This document shows, piece after piece, positions 41,738-55,278 of a stretch of DNA of 64,000 bases (position 1 is its first letter; each line of letters begins with the position of its first letter). A program made the position numbers and the translations under genes. The stretch lies in assembly GCF_009914755.1 (NCBI RefSeq), contig NC_060925.1. The stretch is one strand, 5' to 3'. The notes under the pieces are model-generated. The model had not been told where the DNA came from. It searched no databases and was given only the letters and a program-made list of their open reading frames with translations. Origin of the DNA: the human T2T-CHM13v2.0 reference genome, Homo sapiens.

Positions 41738-43139
41738 GATGAAAATCACATAACTTGTTTCAGAGAGTTGTCATGAGAGGTCCCTGAAACAAGGTGTGTG
41801 AGGCAGCCTGCCCCAGAGTGGGTGGGTGTTAAATGTTAGTTTTCTCCTCTACTTCTCCCTCTGTCCTCAAAAAGGTTTAGCACTACTAATTCACAATGAA
41901 GTGGCTGGGGCCGAAGGGTTTCTTCTCCCAGCCTACCTCCACTGGAGAGAATTTCATTTTAATGAGGAGTCAGGTGAGGGACATTACTCCTCTCCTTTTT
42001 CTGAAGGCTTCCCCCTTCTGAGTTCTGGGTCTCTACAGGAGTTGTTTCTTATCTTTTCTTAGAGGGTCCTAGCTAGCTGCATCATCTCCAGCCTGGGCTT
42101 GTCCTTACCAAGTCATCAGTGCAGATGTTTCTGGGAATTGAGGGGTGTAGGGGGAGCCAGCAAACCCTGCCTGAGGCATTTTCCACTTCTCTGACAGCTC
42201 TCAGGGGACCCCCATCTTCAAAGAGTGCCTCAGTGCTTTTCCTCATCATCTCCTGGGTTTTCGCTGCAAAACAAAGACAACCTCTCCGACCTCTTCCCTT
42301 TTCTGCCATTCCTTGTTGAGATGTGCTTGTCAAGCAGATGTTGAGGGGCCATGAGCTAGATATTGTTCAGGGAGAAAGAAACAAGCATACCAAGAAGTGG
42401 CTTAAAGTCCCCCATGCCTCTGGGGTGCTTTCATGGTCTTGTCCTGTATCCTGACTTCCCCAAGCTCGGACCTCCACAAAGGCAGGCCCCATGCCTCGGA
42501 CCCCATCCCTGTGCCTCTTGGTCCCTGGGCCCTTTTGCAACACTGTCTCTCATCTCCATGCTCTTCCTCCATAGCTCCCCATAACCCCCTGGTAATGACA
42601 AATAGATGGTAATTGCTTACATGCAGCTGTTCAATCCTAGGACTGTTGAGAGAGAACTTAATGTCCAAAGAAGTCCCCAAGGAGCCACATGCTGCTTGAA
42701 TTATGTAAAGGTGAGCAGAGAAGGGTAAATTTCATATGCAGAAATCCTTTATGGCATTAAAGTTTCATGGGAAAACCTGAATCCTTGGACTCATATTTCT
42801 GATCAAAGCTTATCTTCTTTCATTTAGCACACACTTATTAAACTCTTATTATGTACAAGACCATGGTGTAGGTGCTAGAGGGGGAAAAATAGATGAATTA
42901 ATGAGTCTCAGACCTTTCTTGTGGGCTCCTCTATCCCCACATGCATACACCCTAGAACAACAAGCTACTCTGAGATAAAATTATACCCAGATGGACATCA
43001 TATCATCCATCCATCCCACTATTCCCCCAGTAAGTATTTATTGAGTGCCTGGCGTGAGCCAGGTTCTGTGAAAGATACCAGAAGCACTGAGCTAGGTGCA
43101 GGATGAGACATCTGTTGAAAGGAAGAAGTGATCAAGTCT

Positions 43140-44305
43140 TTTTAAAAATCACTTTTAAAATTGATATATAATAGTTGTTCATATTTTGGGAGTACATTTG
43201 CTATTTTGATACCTGTATACAATGCGTAATGATCAAATCAGGATAATTGGGCTATCTATCACTTCAAACATTTATGTTTTCTTTGTGATGGAAATATTAT
43301 AATTATCCTCTTCCAGCTATTTTGAAATACACATTAAATTATTGTTAACTATAATTTGCCTACAATACTGTCAAATACTAGAGCTTATTTCTTCTATTTA
43401 ACTGTACATCTAACTGTATTTTTGTATTCTTTAACCAACTTATCATCACCCTCCCTGACCTGGCTTCCTAGCCTCTAATAACCACCAATCTGCTGTCTTC
43501 CTCTATTTGATCCAACTTTTTAGCTCCCACATGTAAGAACATGTGACATTTGTCTTTCTGTGACTGGCTTATCTCATTTAACACAATGAGCTCTGGTTCC
43601 ATCCATGTTGCTGTAAATGACAGGATTTCATTCTTTTTTATGGCTGAATAATATTCCATTTTTTAATATTTACCACAGTTTCTATCCATTCATCTGTTGA
43701 TGGGCATAGGTTGATTCCGTATCTTGGTTATTTTGAATAGTACCACAATAAACATAGGAGTACAGCTATCTTTTCAATATAATGATTTTCCCTTTTGGAT
43801 GTGTACTGAGCAATGGGATTGCTGGATTATTTTTAGTTTTTTGAGGAATCTTCATACTGTTTTCCATAATTGCTATACTACTTCATATTCCCACCAACAG
43901 AGTATGAGCGATCCTTTTTCTCTACATCCTTACCAGCACTTTTTATTTTCTGTTTCTTTTTATAATATCCATTCTACCTGGGGTAAGATGATATCTCATT
44001 GTGGTTTTGATTTGTATTTCCCTGATGATCAGTGATGTTGAGCAACTTTTCATCCACCTATTGGCCATTTGTGGTCTTCTCTTGAGAAATATCTAGTCAA
44101 GTCTTTTGCCCATTTTTAAAATCAGATTTTTTTTTGCTGTTGAGTTGAGTTCTTTATATATTGTGGTCATTAATTCCTTGTTGGATGAATAGTTTGAAAA
44201 TATTTTCATTCTGTAGGCTGTCTCTTCACTTGTTGATTGTTTCCTTTGCTGTGAAGAAGCTTTTCAGCTTGATGTAATCCCATTTGTCTATTTTTGTTTT
44301 TGTGC
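43140..44305 (-). mobile_element. L1MA (MA4-6-like) 3' portion
   Basis: Antisense L1MA 3'UTR; ORF 43468..43659(-) MEYYSAIKKNEILSF is the ORF2 C-terminus. Confidence 0.9.
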
Positions 44306-44559
44306 CTCTCACGTGCATGTAAGATACAAACAAAGTTAAGCTTCCCATCCCATTTTCTTTTTTTTCCAGAATTTACATACATTCTGAGGGTAAATGCTCA
44401 GCCTCACAAGCTTTTCCTTCCTGGAGCTATTCTTTCTCTCTGCTTTACATCCGTCTCTTGTTCTAGACTTCCACAAGAGCCACCAACACAGAACATTTGT
44501 GTGTGGGTAGCAGCAGACCCCTCTGCCCTTGCTGGCTTGCTTCACCCCTCCCCAACATG

Positions 44560-45440
44560 ACTATCTAAACAGAGAGAGGCTCAGTTATGCAGTGCCCATG
44601 CTGCTCTCATCTCCATGTGGGTCTCAGCAAGGATAAGAGTGTATTGTGAAGATTCGTCTTCCTGTTGATGGGAATATAAGCCCCACTAGGGTGGGGAATT
44701 TGCATGTCTTGTTCACTGGTATATTTCCAAGACCTAGAACAGGGCTCAGAACAGTGCCTGGCACACATGGTAGGGGACTCAAAAAATATTTGTTGAATTT
44801 GTTAAATGAATTGTGCCACACCCCTACCCCCATAAAACACTTAAACCAGAGACAAAGGTTGGGGGCATCACATAGTGGCAGCAATGGCCAAGGTGGATAG
44901 CTCCAGCGTTATCCCTCACATTTAGAATGAAACCCAAAGTTCTCCCCATGGTCGAGATGCATCCTTTGACACATGCATCTCCAGCCACACTGGCCTTCTT
45001 GGGGCTCTTTGCTATGCCAAGAAAAATTCAGTCCTCTTTGAAAAGTCATGCCAGGCACACTGCTGCTCCAGGACCTTTGGCCCTTCCTCTGCTGCTCCTG
45101 CTTTTTGGCCCTTCCTCTGCCAAAACTGTGCTTGCCCACTACCCACCCCACCCTCCCACAGCTCACTCCCTCATCTTCCTCAGGTCCCTGCCCAAATGTC
45201 ATCTCCAAACCACCCTTCCTTATTTTCCTTATTTTACATAAGGAATATTGCCTGCCATTATCATAAACATTATTTATGTATTTTTCTCTTCCCTTTGAGA
45301 ATGGTAGCTCCATAAGGGTGGGGGCTTTGTCTTGTTTGTTTACTACTGACTGTATTCTCAATGCTTAGAACTGTGCCCAGCACATAGCGGCCACCCCATA
45401 AATATTTTCTGTTGAATGGATGAATGGAAATGAATGAACA
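44560..45440 (+). mobile_element. L2 fragments (two 3' ends)
   Basis: CAGTGCCTGGCACACATGGTAGG..AAATATTTGTTGAA and TGCCCAGCACATAG..ATAAATATTTTCTGTTGAATGGATGAATG. Confidence 0.8.
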
Positions 45441-45774
45441 TGGGCCCTACTGCAAGCTCTTGATGGAGGTAGGACACGGAAGAGGTCTGGAGGACACAGA
45501 AGAGGTCTGGAGATGAGGAGGTTGGATCTGTCTCTCAGGGCACTCTCAGCTCTGATTCTGTGGCTCTGCCTCTGTGACTGTCATCTTCCAGGATGACTTT
45601 GTTTGCATGAAGTGGTAAAGAGAGGTCTATAGAGGAGGCCATTACCAGAACAGCTCTCAGAAACAAGTGGCATAAGGGAGGAGATAAAAGACAGATATCT
45701 ATTTAACTGTATCAAGCCCTATAGAGGTGGATCAATTAGACCATGAGTAGTTGTCAAGGAGGGCAGGAAAGTAT

Positions 45775-45958
45775 ACCAGACCTCTGCTTGTCCATGTGGT
45801 GCCCTTGTACCAATGAAAGAAATGGTGCCCCTTTCTCTAGGTGCAGGGGTGCTGCATGGTGAGTGGAGTGAGAGCTGGAGTTCAGCTGACACCCATCCCC
45901 AACAGGCAGGTGCCTTTGTGCAGGGTACACCTTGCATAACATTATGTGGCAGTTTCAG
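45775..45958 (-). mobile_element. MER91-like hAT-Tip100 fossil
   Basis: GGTGCCTTTGTGCAGGGTACACCTTGCATAAC terminal motif. Confidence 0.55.
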
Positions 45959-46134
45959 GGTGTAGCTCAATCAGGGTTTTGTCTGAAAGTTCGCTATGGC
46001 ATTTCTCTGTTGCATAGTTTAGGAAAAAATAACCACCCTGACTTTCAGCTTGTCCATGAGACCAGCTCAAACTCACATGACTCCTAAAGGGCAGAACTCC
46101 ATCCAATGGGACAACGTGGTGAGCAGACTTGTAT

Positions 46135-46308
46135 CATCCCCTTGCTATTTAAAGTGTGGCCTGTGGCCAGCTATATTGCCATCACCTGGGAGTTTTCATG
46201 AAATGCTGAATTTTAGGCCTTGCCTCACACCTGCTGACTCTGAATCTGCCTGTTGACAAGATCCCCTGGTGACTTCTGCACACATTGAAGTTTGAGAAAT
46301 ATGACACT
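46135..46308. mobile_element. MER5A
   Basis: CATCACCTGGGAG..GAAATGCTGAAT..AAGATCCCCTGGTGA..AAGTTTGAGAA. Confidence 0.8.
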
Positions 46309-48944
46309 GTCCTACCCCTGGGTTTCATGCTGTTCTATTACTTTTCTACTCAACTTGGAGTGCGGTTACTTCTACTTTGTCCACATGGCCTGTCACCAAA
46401 TGTCCACAGGGCCAGCCAGCACAGGGTTCCAGAAAGATCACTGGACACTGAATTGTGCTTCAATGGCTGTGTGACATTGAACAAATCTTTCAATCGTAAG
46501 AGTGTAGGCTTCCTAATCTAGGGGAGAAAAAAAGGAATAATGGCTCAGCACTTTTGTGGGGCTCAAATGACATGATGGATGGGAAAGTGCCTTTTTGTCA
46601 ATTGTAAAATTCTACCCAAGCACAAAAGATTATTGCTCCCACATAGTGTAATATGAAGACCACCGATAGAGAGCACTTCTGCCTAGAATGCTACTTCAAC
46701 AAGTTAGGAGAAGGTACAAGATGAATGGCCTTGGGTCGGTGGACTCCAATTAGCAGACTGGAGTAGGCGCAGGAATCCACAGACCCCTTAAGCATACAGG
46801 GATGACTGAGGGTTTCAAATGGGGTTTTGATGGCGGTGTTAGCTCCAGTCTGGAGGAATCATGAAGGGGAAAGGTGGGTAGAGGTCAGGTGGGGCATTTT
46901 CCAGGAAGGGAGGCTTATGGGGAGTGCCACATGGGATGAGTGAGTGGGAGGAGAGGAAGGCTTCTGCAGATAAACTGCCTGCTCCCAAGTGTGGCAGGGG
47001 ACACCTTCTCACCTCCTCACCCGCTATTGTATTTCTCATTTTGCATCCAGAGGTTTTGTGCCCTGTGGAAATGATCAATACCATTGGAGCCACTTGGCTG
47101 GTCATGATCTTGGGAAATGCCATTTATTAGGAAAAAGTAGCTCAGAACACCATGGTGACCTTGGATTTAGCAGAGATTCCTAAGAAAGATGGGTGGTTGG
47201 ATCCCACTGACATCACAGCACACTGCCATTAAAAGACTGGACACAGGAAGTGTTCAATAAATTCCCAAGAAATAGATAGGTAAAGGAATGGATGGAGAAT
47301 TTTGCCTTTAGAAAGTTTTCTTAGTACAACCTACCCTAATCACACTGTTTTAAATTTAAGCTCTCTCATCTCTGGGGCTCCCAACCTCCTGTATCCTGCT
47401 CTCTCTCTCTCGCTTTCCTGTCCATAACACTTACCCTCTCATAACATACTATATAAATTATTTATTGTGCACTGTCTGTTCCCCACCCCCCAGAATGGAA
47501 GTCTACTAGACGGATCTCTATTTGTTTTAATCTGTGGATACAATCCTAAAACAGTGCTTGGCCCATAGTGGATGCTCCATAAGTGTTTGTTGAATCAAAT
47601 TGAATTAAATGAATTAGAGGGATTTGTAGGGTCAGACAAATTCTTGTCTGATTTTGCCACCAAATCATCATGTGACTAGGATGATGGCCTTTGCCTTTCT
47701 GTGCCTCAGTTTCCCCATGCATACAGTGAGGAGGTTGGATCTATCTCTAAGGGCACTTTCAGCTCTAATTCTGTGGTTTTGCGTCTGTGACTGTCATCTT
47801 CCAGGATGGCTTTGGAAGACTGTTTGCATGAAGTGGTAAAGAGAGACCTATGAAGGAAATGAACAGACATAAGCAGGGGTCTTTGTTCTGAGACTTCTTA
47901 AGTGCTGGGACTTTGGTGAGATATTTGTCTTCTATTCCATGTATGATGTTCCTAGCACAGTGCCTGGTATGCCTTAGGAACTGACTAAACATTATCGTCT
48001 CCCTCTTCTCCCCATCTGGGCTTGCATGCTTTGTTCCAGATGAGCCTTAGCTCCCACAGTCACATAGCAATGATCTGAAAGAAATTGAAAACAGTAATGT
48101 ACTCCCCAAATGTAAAGGGTTAGTATGATTACATGCATGCCCAACCTCTAACCTCCCTACACACAAATGACACTGAAACCATAATAGCTTTTTATATCAA
48201 AATTGTCTCATGATTCACAGCCTTCCTTCTCATCAGAAATGTTGCACCTGATGAGACCAAATTCACATTGGGTTTATCAAAGTCTAATTAAAACTCGATC
48301 ATCGTGTCTAACATGTTGCCTTATTATTTGGGCTTAATTAGAGTGATGAGACGGGGCTGAGAGCAGCAATTCCAGCAGTGCAGTGATGCAACATCTGCGG
48401 AGAAGCAGGGCTCAGCCAGCTGAGCAATTATGTTGAACGACACATAAAGCCAGGATCTTTGCATCTGACAGCTGTCTGGCCAGCCCCGCCTCCATTCAGG
48501 CTTGTGAAAGCCTGACCTATAAGCTCCCTTCTCCACCTTCCAAAGTAGTGGGAACTGATCAGACCCTTCAAAGAAGAGCATAGCAAAGCCACCACTGTGG
48601 GGAACATCCTGCTGTCATGGTTTTTAGTCACTGGGTGAAAGGAAGTGGGAGCATTTGGTAGCAAAAGAAAATGAATTCTCCTTTGGGTCTTGGATTTATG
48701 GTCAGGTGTGGTCATGATGCTGCTATGGATCACGCCAGAAAAACTCAGTCCTCTTTGAAATGCCGCCACTCATCTCTTCAGTTACAAATAACCTGAAATT
48801 GGGCATTTCTGCCTCTGCTCCCATGGAGAGGCAGGATGCATGGGGCTAACATTCAAACAACCTTCAAAAATGCTCACCAATACCAAAGCTGCAACCTGAT
48901 CCATTAGGCTCATTATGATAGTGAGGGTAGGATAGCTGTTGCAG

Positions 48945-49505
48945 CAAATAGAGCCTATGGATACCAAGGATCCCCGTCTCCTGGCTCTCATACTCTTGTA
49001 TAATTCTCCTTTTTCACTCTTGTGTAAAAGCCCTTAAGGTATGGACTGGACCTCATTATTTATTTCTAGTGAATTGATGTGGCACAAAAAAGGGATGTCA
49101 CTTCTGAGATGAGGTTACTCAAGATGGAGAGTTCGGCCTCACTCACTCCCTCACGCCAGCTCTTCTCACTTGGTGGCCACTGTCACGTTGAGAGCAGCCC
49201 TGTGGAGAGGCCCACATGGCCTGGAACTGAGAGTTGCCTCTGCCTAATGGCCCGTGAGGAACCAAATCTTGCCAATGATCATGTGAGTGAGCTTGGAGAC
49301 AGATACTTCCTTCCCTAGTCAAGCCTGGGATGACTGTGGCCCTGGCTGACACCCTGATTACTGTCTCGAGGGACCTTGAAGTAGAGGACCCAGCTAAGCC
49401 ACACCTGGATTCCTGACCCACAGAAACTCTGAGATGATAAATGTTGTTGTTTTAAGCCACTAAGGCTTGGGGCAATTTGTTATACAGCAATAGGTAATTA
49501 ATGCA
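48945..49505 (+). mobile_element. MLT1E/F-like LTR nested in an older, opposite-strand MLT1 (48905-50041) that also carries an L1 3' scrap (~49700-49850)
   Basis: GGGATGTCACTTCTGAGAT..CCTGTGGAGAGGCCCACATGG..CCCAGCTAAGCCACACCTGGATTCCTGACCCACAGAAAC..TTTTAAGCCACTAAG. Confidence 0.75.
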
Positions 49506-50999
49506 AACCCCAATAAATATAATGGCTCAAATACAATAGAAATTTATTTCGGGTAACCAAATTACCTGTAACCATGCTTACAGAGTCCCTGTCATTTTCA
49601 ACATTTTCAGTGGTTTCCAAGATTGCCCTGAAATTCTCTCCATATCAGCCAGTTGAAAGGGAGTAAAACAATGACGGAGCATGTATAGAAACATTTAAAA
49701 TTTATTTTTAAATTGTAGTAAAATATACATAAGATACAATTTCCCATTTTAACCACTTTAAAGGGTATAGTCCAGTGGCATTAAGTACACTCACACTGGT
49801 GCACATCCATCACCACCATCCATCTCTAGGACCTTTTCCATCTTGCAAACCTGAGATATGGGAATTTTTAAGGGCCAAGCCTAGAAGTGGTACAAATCAC
49901 TTCCTGTCACATTTCAATGACGAGAACTTAGTCTTATGGCCACACCTAACTTCAAGGGAGACTGGGAAATGTAGTCTGACTGTGTACTCAAGAAGAAGAG
50001 GTAAAGATACATTTTTGGTGAGAAGCATTAGTCTTTGCCACACTTCTGTACAACAGTGTCTACATTCCAAAATTATGCTAAGCCGTAATTACAATGCAAA
50101 CACCACCAACCCAATGACAAACTAACCTACAGTACCCTATGATCTTGCAGGCTCCACAGCCCCTCATTGGTGTGCTCTTAATTTTAGAATTAAGGGCTTT
50201 TAAAAGAAATCTCTTAAAAGGTAGATGGCTATAGATTCCCCGATGCTGCACTGAGAAACTTTGCAAAATGTATTCTGGACATGTAATATCACCATATCAG
50301 TGTGTGCTCCCTACACACTTTGTAATGTTTTTTTTTAATTGCCTGGGACATTTGCTAGAACCCAGGATTTTGTTCTCTAGATACTCTCCTCTCCTGATGG
50401 CAGCTTCCTTCATCACTGTCTCATCATATCAAAGATGGCTGAAGCGGAACTGATGGTCCCGTGCTGCATGACACCTTCCTTTCCCCAGTGGATAACAGCA
50501 GTTTTTAAGACTGGGGACTCTAGGGAAGCCCCACCCATCCTAGAGAGGGGTGGCTTTCACTGTCAAAGACAAAGTGACTTTTGGGGGCCATTTGAATCTT
50601 ATAGCCAGGGTGACCTATTCCATTTCTTAAATCTCTCATTTCTAGCACGTTTTAGAGTTCATTTTCATGAGAAACTGTCTATCGATGAAATAAGGAAGAA
50701 AAGGCAGGAACCCCGTGATCTCTTGCAGTTTCTCTTCTAGCTCACGTATTTGAGTTTAGGGTGAGTGGTTTTGCAAATTCTCTATCTGTGAAAAGTTCAT
50801 TTGAAGATCCACTGCCTTAGAAATTGCCAGATGAATTGAAATTTCCATTCTATAGGAGTAGCTGGTATTTTGAGCACTTTTAGGTACTTGGGCTCTACTT
50901 GTCTGAACTTGGGCTGTACCATGATGGTATCTGAGCAACCATTCCTTTGGTGTATATTGGCTCATGGTGCCTGGCTGGGTGAAGTGCATGTAGCACCCA

Positions 51000-52960
51000 C
51001 TGGTACTATTCCTGAGGCCAGAGTTCCTGTCCCCAAGTGTCTCATAGTCTAGGAGCAGAGACATAACGTCAGTATGATGCTGTGAGAGGAGGGTAGAATG
51101 TGCAGGAGATGTTATAGTGACAGAGAGGAGGGTTCTCTAATCCATTCCCGTGGAAAGAAGGAAAGGCTGAAAAACTTCTTAAAGAGACATATTCAAGTAA
51201 AGTTTAAAAGGATAAGTAGGAGTTAGCCAGAAAAAGCAGAAGCATAGAATGCGTAAGGAATAAAAGTCAGCATGAGTGAAGTTAGAGACATGAGAATTTA
51301 TTATGTACTTGAAACTGCAAGTGGTTCAGGAAAGCAGTATAATGGTGACAAAATAGGCTTTGAAGTTTGACTGAGGAAGCTGGTCTCAGACAGCCTCACT
51401 CAGCAGCTGCTTGGCTGATTATTGGGTGGAGTGACTAGACCATAGGGCTGTCATCATCCGAGTGGCTAGCACAGGTTTGCTCACACGGCAGTGAGTCCCA
51501 GGCTGGGGACTGGCACAATGTTGCTTTGCCATCTTCTTTTAGCTAAAGTTGGTCAAGGCCAGTCTAGATTCAACAGGCAGATAAATAGACTCCACCGGCT
51601 GATGGGAAGAATTGCAAAGTTACATTACAAAGAGCAGGTACAGAGAGGGGTAGCGAATTGGGACTATTTTTGCAAATAAGCTACCATAGAATCTACTCAA
51701 GATCAGGGTATAGAACAAAAAAGTGAAGAAAGCCCAGCACGTAACTCTGTCATTCCAGGTCAAGAAGGGGAAGACAGTAGTAGCCTAGGAGAATATGGGA
51801 AAACCAGGAGAGTGTGGTTTTCAGAAGCCAGAGAGAAGAGAGAGTTTCTAGAAAAGATACGTAGTTAACAGTGTCAAGCTGCTGAGAACCCAAGGGACAT
51901 AGTGACTGTAGAGTAACCACCAAATTCCAAATGAAGGTTGCTGGTAACAATGGTGAGGGCAGACTCATGGTGGAAGTAAGACTACAGTGGTTCATGGAGA
52001 GAGTGGGCCATAAAAATTGGAGACAAAAAAGTGCTGACCATATTTTCAGAAAGTTTTGATGGGAAGAAAGGAGAGATATTTGGTAGTAGCTAGTTAGGGG
52101 TAAAGGAAAGAATAGGTTCTTTTCTTTTTTTTTTGAGATGAGGTTATCTGAGCAAGTTTTCATGCAGCTGGGAAGGAGCTGGTAGAGAAATGGAGGAACA
52201 ATATAGGGAAGAAAGGAAATAATTAGAGGAATATTCCAAAAAGGTGGGAAGGAATAAAATCCAGGCTGAAGTACCACTTTTAAACGGAAGAAGAGACATG
52301 TAACTGGTGAGAGGTCAGAAAGGATAGTTTTAGACTTAGGTAAGTTTATATGTTGATGGAGGAATAAAATCCAGGCTGAAGTACCACTTTTAAACGGAAG
52401 AAGAGACATGTAACTGGTGAGAGGTCAGAAAGGATAGTTTTAGACTTAGGTAAGTTTATATGTTGATGGAGGAAAGCTCAGGTAGTTCACCTTTCCAGTG
52501 GCTTCTGTTTTCTCTGTAAATTGGAGTGAATTCATATGCTCAGGGAGAGAAGGGGAAGTGAGCTTGAAGAGAGTTAAAACTGGCAATAACCACTGTGGAG
52601 AATGAGAGAGAGAGCTGACAAGGGAAATAGAGAAGGATTGCTAAGCAGCATTGAGGGGCCATTTGAAGTCAGAGACCATAAATTTAGAGTGGCACCAATG
52701 ATTTATAGTGACACCAATGTGTGTGGATTTCCAGCAGTGCTTAGCAACCAGAGATGAGCGATAATTGGATTCATCCAAAGTTGGTGTTTTTCCAGAAGTG
52801 GGATTGGGGGAACAATGGGACAAGGGTATTGGTGAGAGAGAGATTGAAATGATAAGAAATGACATCTGAGCTGGATAGCGAAGGAAGTGAAGACAGGAGG
52901 GGGCTGAGATACAGAGGAAAATGAGTGCTGGTATCATGGACAAGCAAGGTAACATCTCAA
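51000..52960 (-). mobile_element. L2 (with an MLT1 LTR at ~51370-51690)
   Basis: Purine-rich L2 antisense body, e.g. GAAGCCAGAGAGAAGAGAGAGTTTC, CAGTGTCAAGCTGCTGAGA. Confidence 0.7.
52251..52470. repeat. Perfect 110-bp tandem duplication
   Basis: 52251-52360 identical to 52361-52470. Confidence 0.97.
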
Positions 52961-53182
52961 GCTCATCTCTTAGGAGTGAATTTGCACCATGCTTTTTATA
53001 GCCCATGCTCTTCAATCTTCTCCACACTTTGGTATCTTCCACAGTTTACTTCCTAGCAAGAACTCCACAGCCCCATGACCCTAACAACTCACAGACCACA
53101 AAGAGCTGGGAACACCAGGTAATCAGTGGAGACAGGACAGTGAGCCTGTCCTATCCGCATAGCTGTCTCTCCTGCAAATTTC

Positions 53183-53850
53183 CTTTTTTATAAAAACGTT
53201 TAAGTTCAGGGGTACATGTGCAGGTTTGCTATATAGATAAACTTGTGTCATGGGGGTTTGTTGTACAGATTATTTCATCACCCAGGTATTAAGCCTAGTG
53301 CCCATTAGTTATTTCTCCTGATCCTCTCCCTCCTCCCACCCTCCACCCTCTGATAGGCCCCAGGGTATGTTGTTCCCTTCTTTGTGTTCACGTATTCTCA
53401 TCATTTAGCTCCCACTTATAAGTAAGAACATGTGGTATTTGGCTATCTGTTCCTGCTTAGTTTGCCAAGGATAATGGCCTTCAGCCACATCCGTGTTCCT
53501 GAAAAGGACATGATTTTATTATTTTCTTATGGCTGCATAGTATTCCATGGTGTATCTGTACCACATTTTCTTTATCCAGTCTACCATTTATGGGCACCTA
53601 GGTTGCTTCCATGTCTTTGCTATTGTGAATAGTGCTGCAACGAATATACATGTGCATGTATCTTTATGATAGAACAATTTATATTCCTTTGGGTATATAC
53701 CCAGTAATGGGATTGCTGCGTCAAATGGTAGTTCTGCTTTTAGGTATTTGAGGATTTACCACACTGCTTTCCCACAAAGGTTGAACAAATTTACACTCCC
53801 ACCAACAACGTATAAGCTTGCTTTTTTCTCTGCAACCTCACCACCACCTT
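53183..53850 (-). mobile_element. L1PA15/16-like 3' end
   Basis: AAGTTCAGGGGTACATGTGCAGGTTTG..CATTTAGCTCCCACTTATAAG. Confidence 0.9.
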
Positions 53851-55016
53851 TTATTACAGATTTTCAGTGAAACCAGCACCCACTCCGTCGTTTAGCCCAG
53901 AACCCTGGGGGTCATCTTCAGTTTCTCCATTTGTCTCCCTGTCCTTCACCAAATCCATCACCAAATATAAGGAGACCTCAGTGGTCTCCTTGCTTTATTC
54001 TCCACTCCCACAAATCCACTCTTCACACAGTAGCCAGGATGTTTTTTTAGGAATATGGATTAACTCAGATATAGTCACTTCTCTGCTTAAAGTCCTTCAG
54101 AGTTCCCACTGCTTTCAAAATAAAGTCAAAATCAAAAGTTCCTGATTTCAGGTCAAAAAATCATGTAAAAGCGTCCTTGGATAGGAGGCAGAGAACAAAT
54201 ACAAAGTCCTAAAAGGCTGGTGTGGGTTAGTCAGTGAAGCATGAGGGGATGTGGGGTGTTCAGTGAGGAGGAGGAGTCAGGCAGGGCCCGGATTATACAG
54301 GCCTTGGAGGGGATTATGGTGAGGAGTCCAGGACAGTCACTTTTTGAAAGGACCTCTCTGGCTGCAATGTGGAGACCAGACAGCTAGGAGGCAAGAGTGA
54401 CTATAGTTAGGCCAGTGATTGAAGCCATTGTAACAGTTCAGGCAGGAGTGGATTGCACCTTGGACCTCTTGGTGTTGGAGATGGAGGGAAGCAAATGGAT
54501 GAACAAATGGATGTGGGAGATATTTTAGGAGGTAAAATGAAAGGCTTGGAACATCTTTTCTATCCCCTGCTCCTGTATTTATTGGTTAGTGCTGCCTTAT
54601 ATTCTGAGGTCAATTTCTGTCTTTTCAGGGACTCTTTTCCTGACATTCCAGACTGTGTTATACAGAAGCCCAATAAATGTTTGTGGAACTGACATGATAG
54701 AGAAAGTTCTTGTAAAGATGGAAGAGATTTGAGTGTGGATATGGACTAAGGAAAAAGTTCTAGCAGAGAGGTGAAGATTGAAGATGCTAAAGAGAGAAGG
54801 TAATCGACAGAGTGAGGTTCTCAAAGAGGAAAAGGGCATGGTAACAGAGGTGGTGGAGGGGTCAGCCTTGGATCAGAGGAAACATGTAGTTCTGCTGGAT
54901 TACACTGGAGAACAGTAACCTCATGCTGGTGGCTAGACCAGCAATTACCAGATTCTCTTAGTCCGAAGTTCCCTTTTTGATGTCAAAATATTTCCCAAAC
55001 TTCCAGATACACCTAT

Positions 55017-55278
55017 ATTTTTATTTTTTTTTTAACTTTTATTTTAAGTTCAGGGGTACAAGTGCAGGTTTGTTACATAGGTAAACTTGTGTCTTGGGGG
55101 TTTGTTGTACAGACCATTTCATCACCCAGGTATCAAGCCTAGTATCCATCAGTTCTTTTTCCTGATCCTCTCCCTCCCCCCACCCTCCACCCTCCAAAAG
55201 GCCCCTGTGTGTGTTGTTTCCCTCTATGTGCCCATGTGTTCTCATCATTTAGCTCCAGAGAACATTCAGTATTTGGTT
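55017..55278 (-). mobile_element. L1PA15/16-like short 3' end
   Basis: Poly-T followed by TTTTAAGTTCAGGGGTACAAGTGCAGG. Confidence 0.88.

Noticed and set aside
48229-48290. CTGATGAG hammerhead-ribozyme core-like motif
   Set aside because: No stem II followed by GAAA and no stems I/III; it is simply one arm of the inverted repeat CTCATCAG..CTGATGAG
51750-52409. 219-aa minus-strand ORF
   Set aside because: Lies in decayed L2 sequence; Leu/Ser/Phe-rich low complexity; partly produced by the 110-bp duplication
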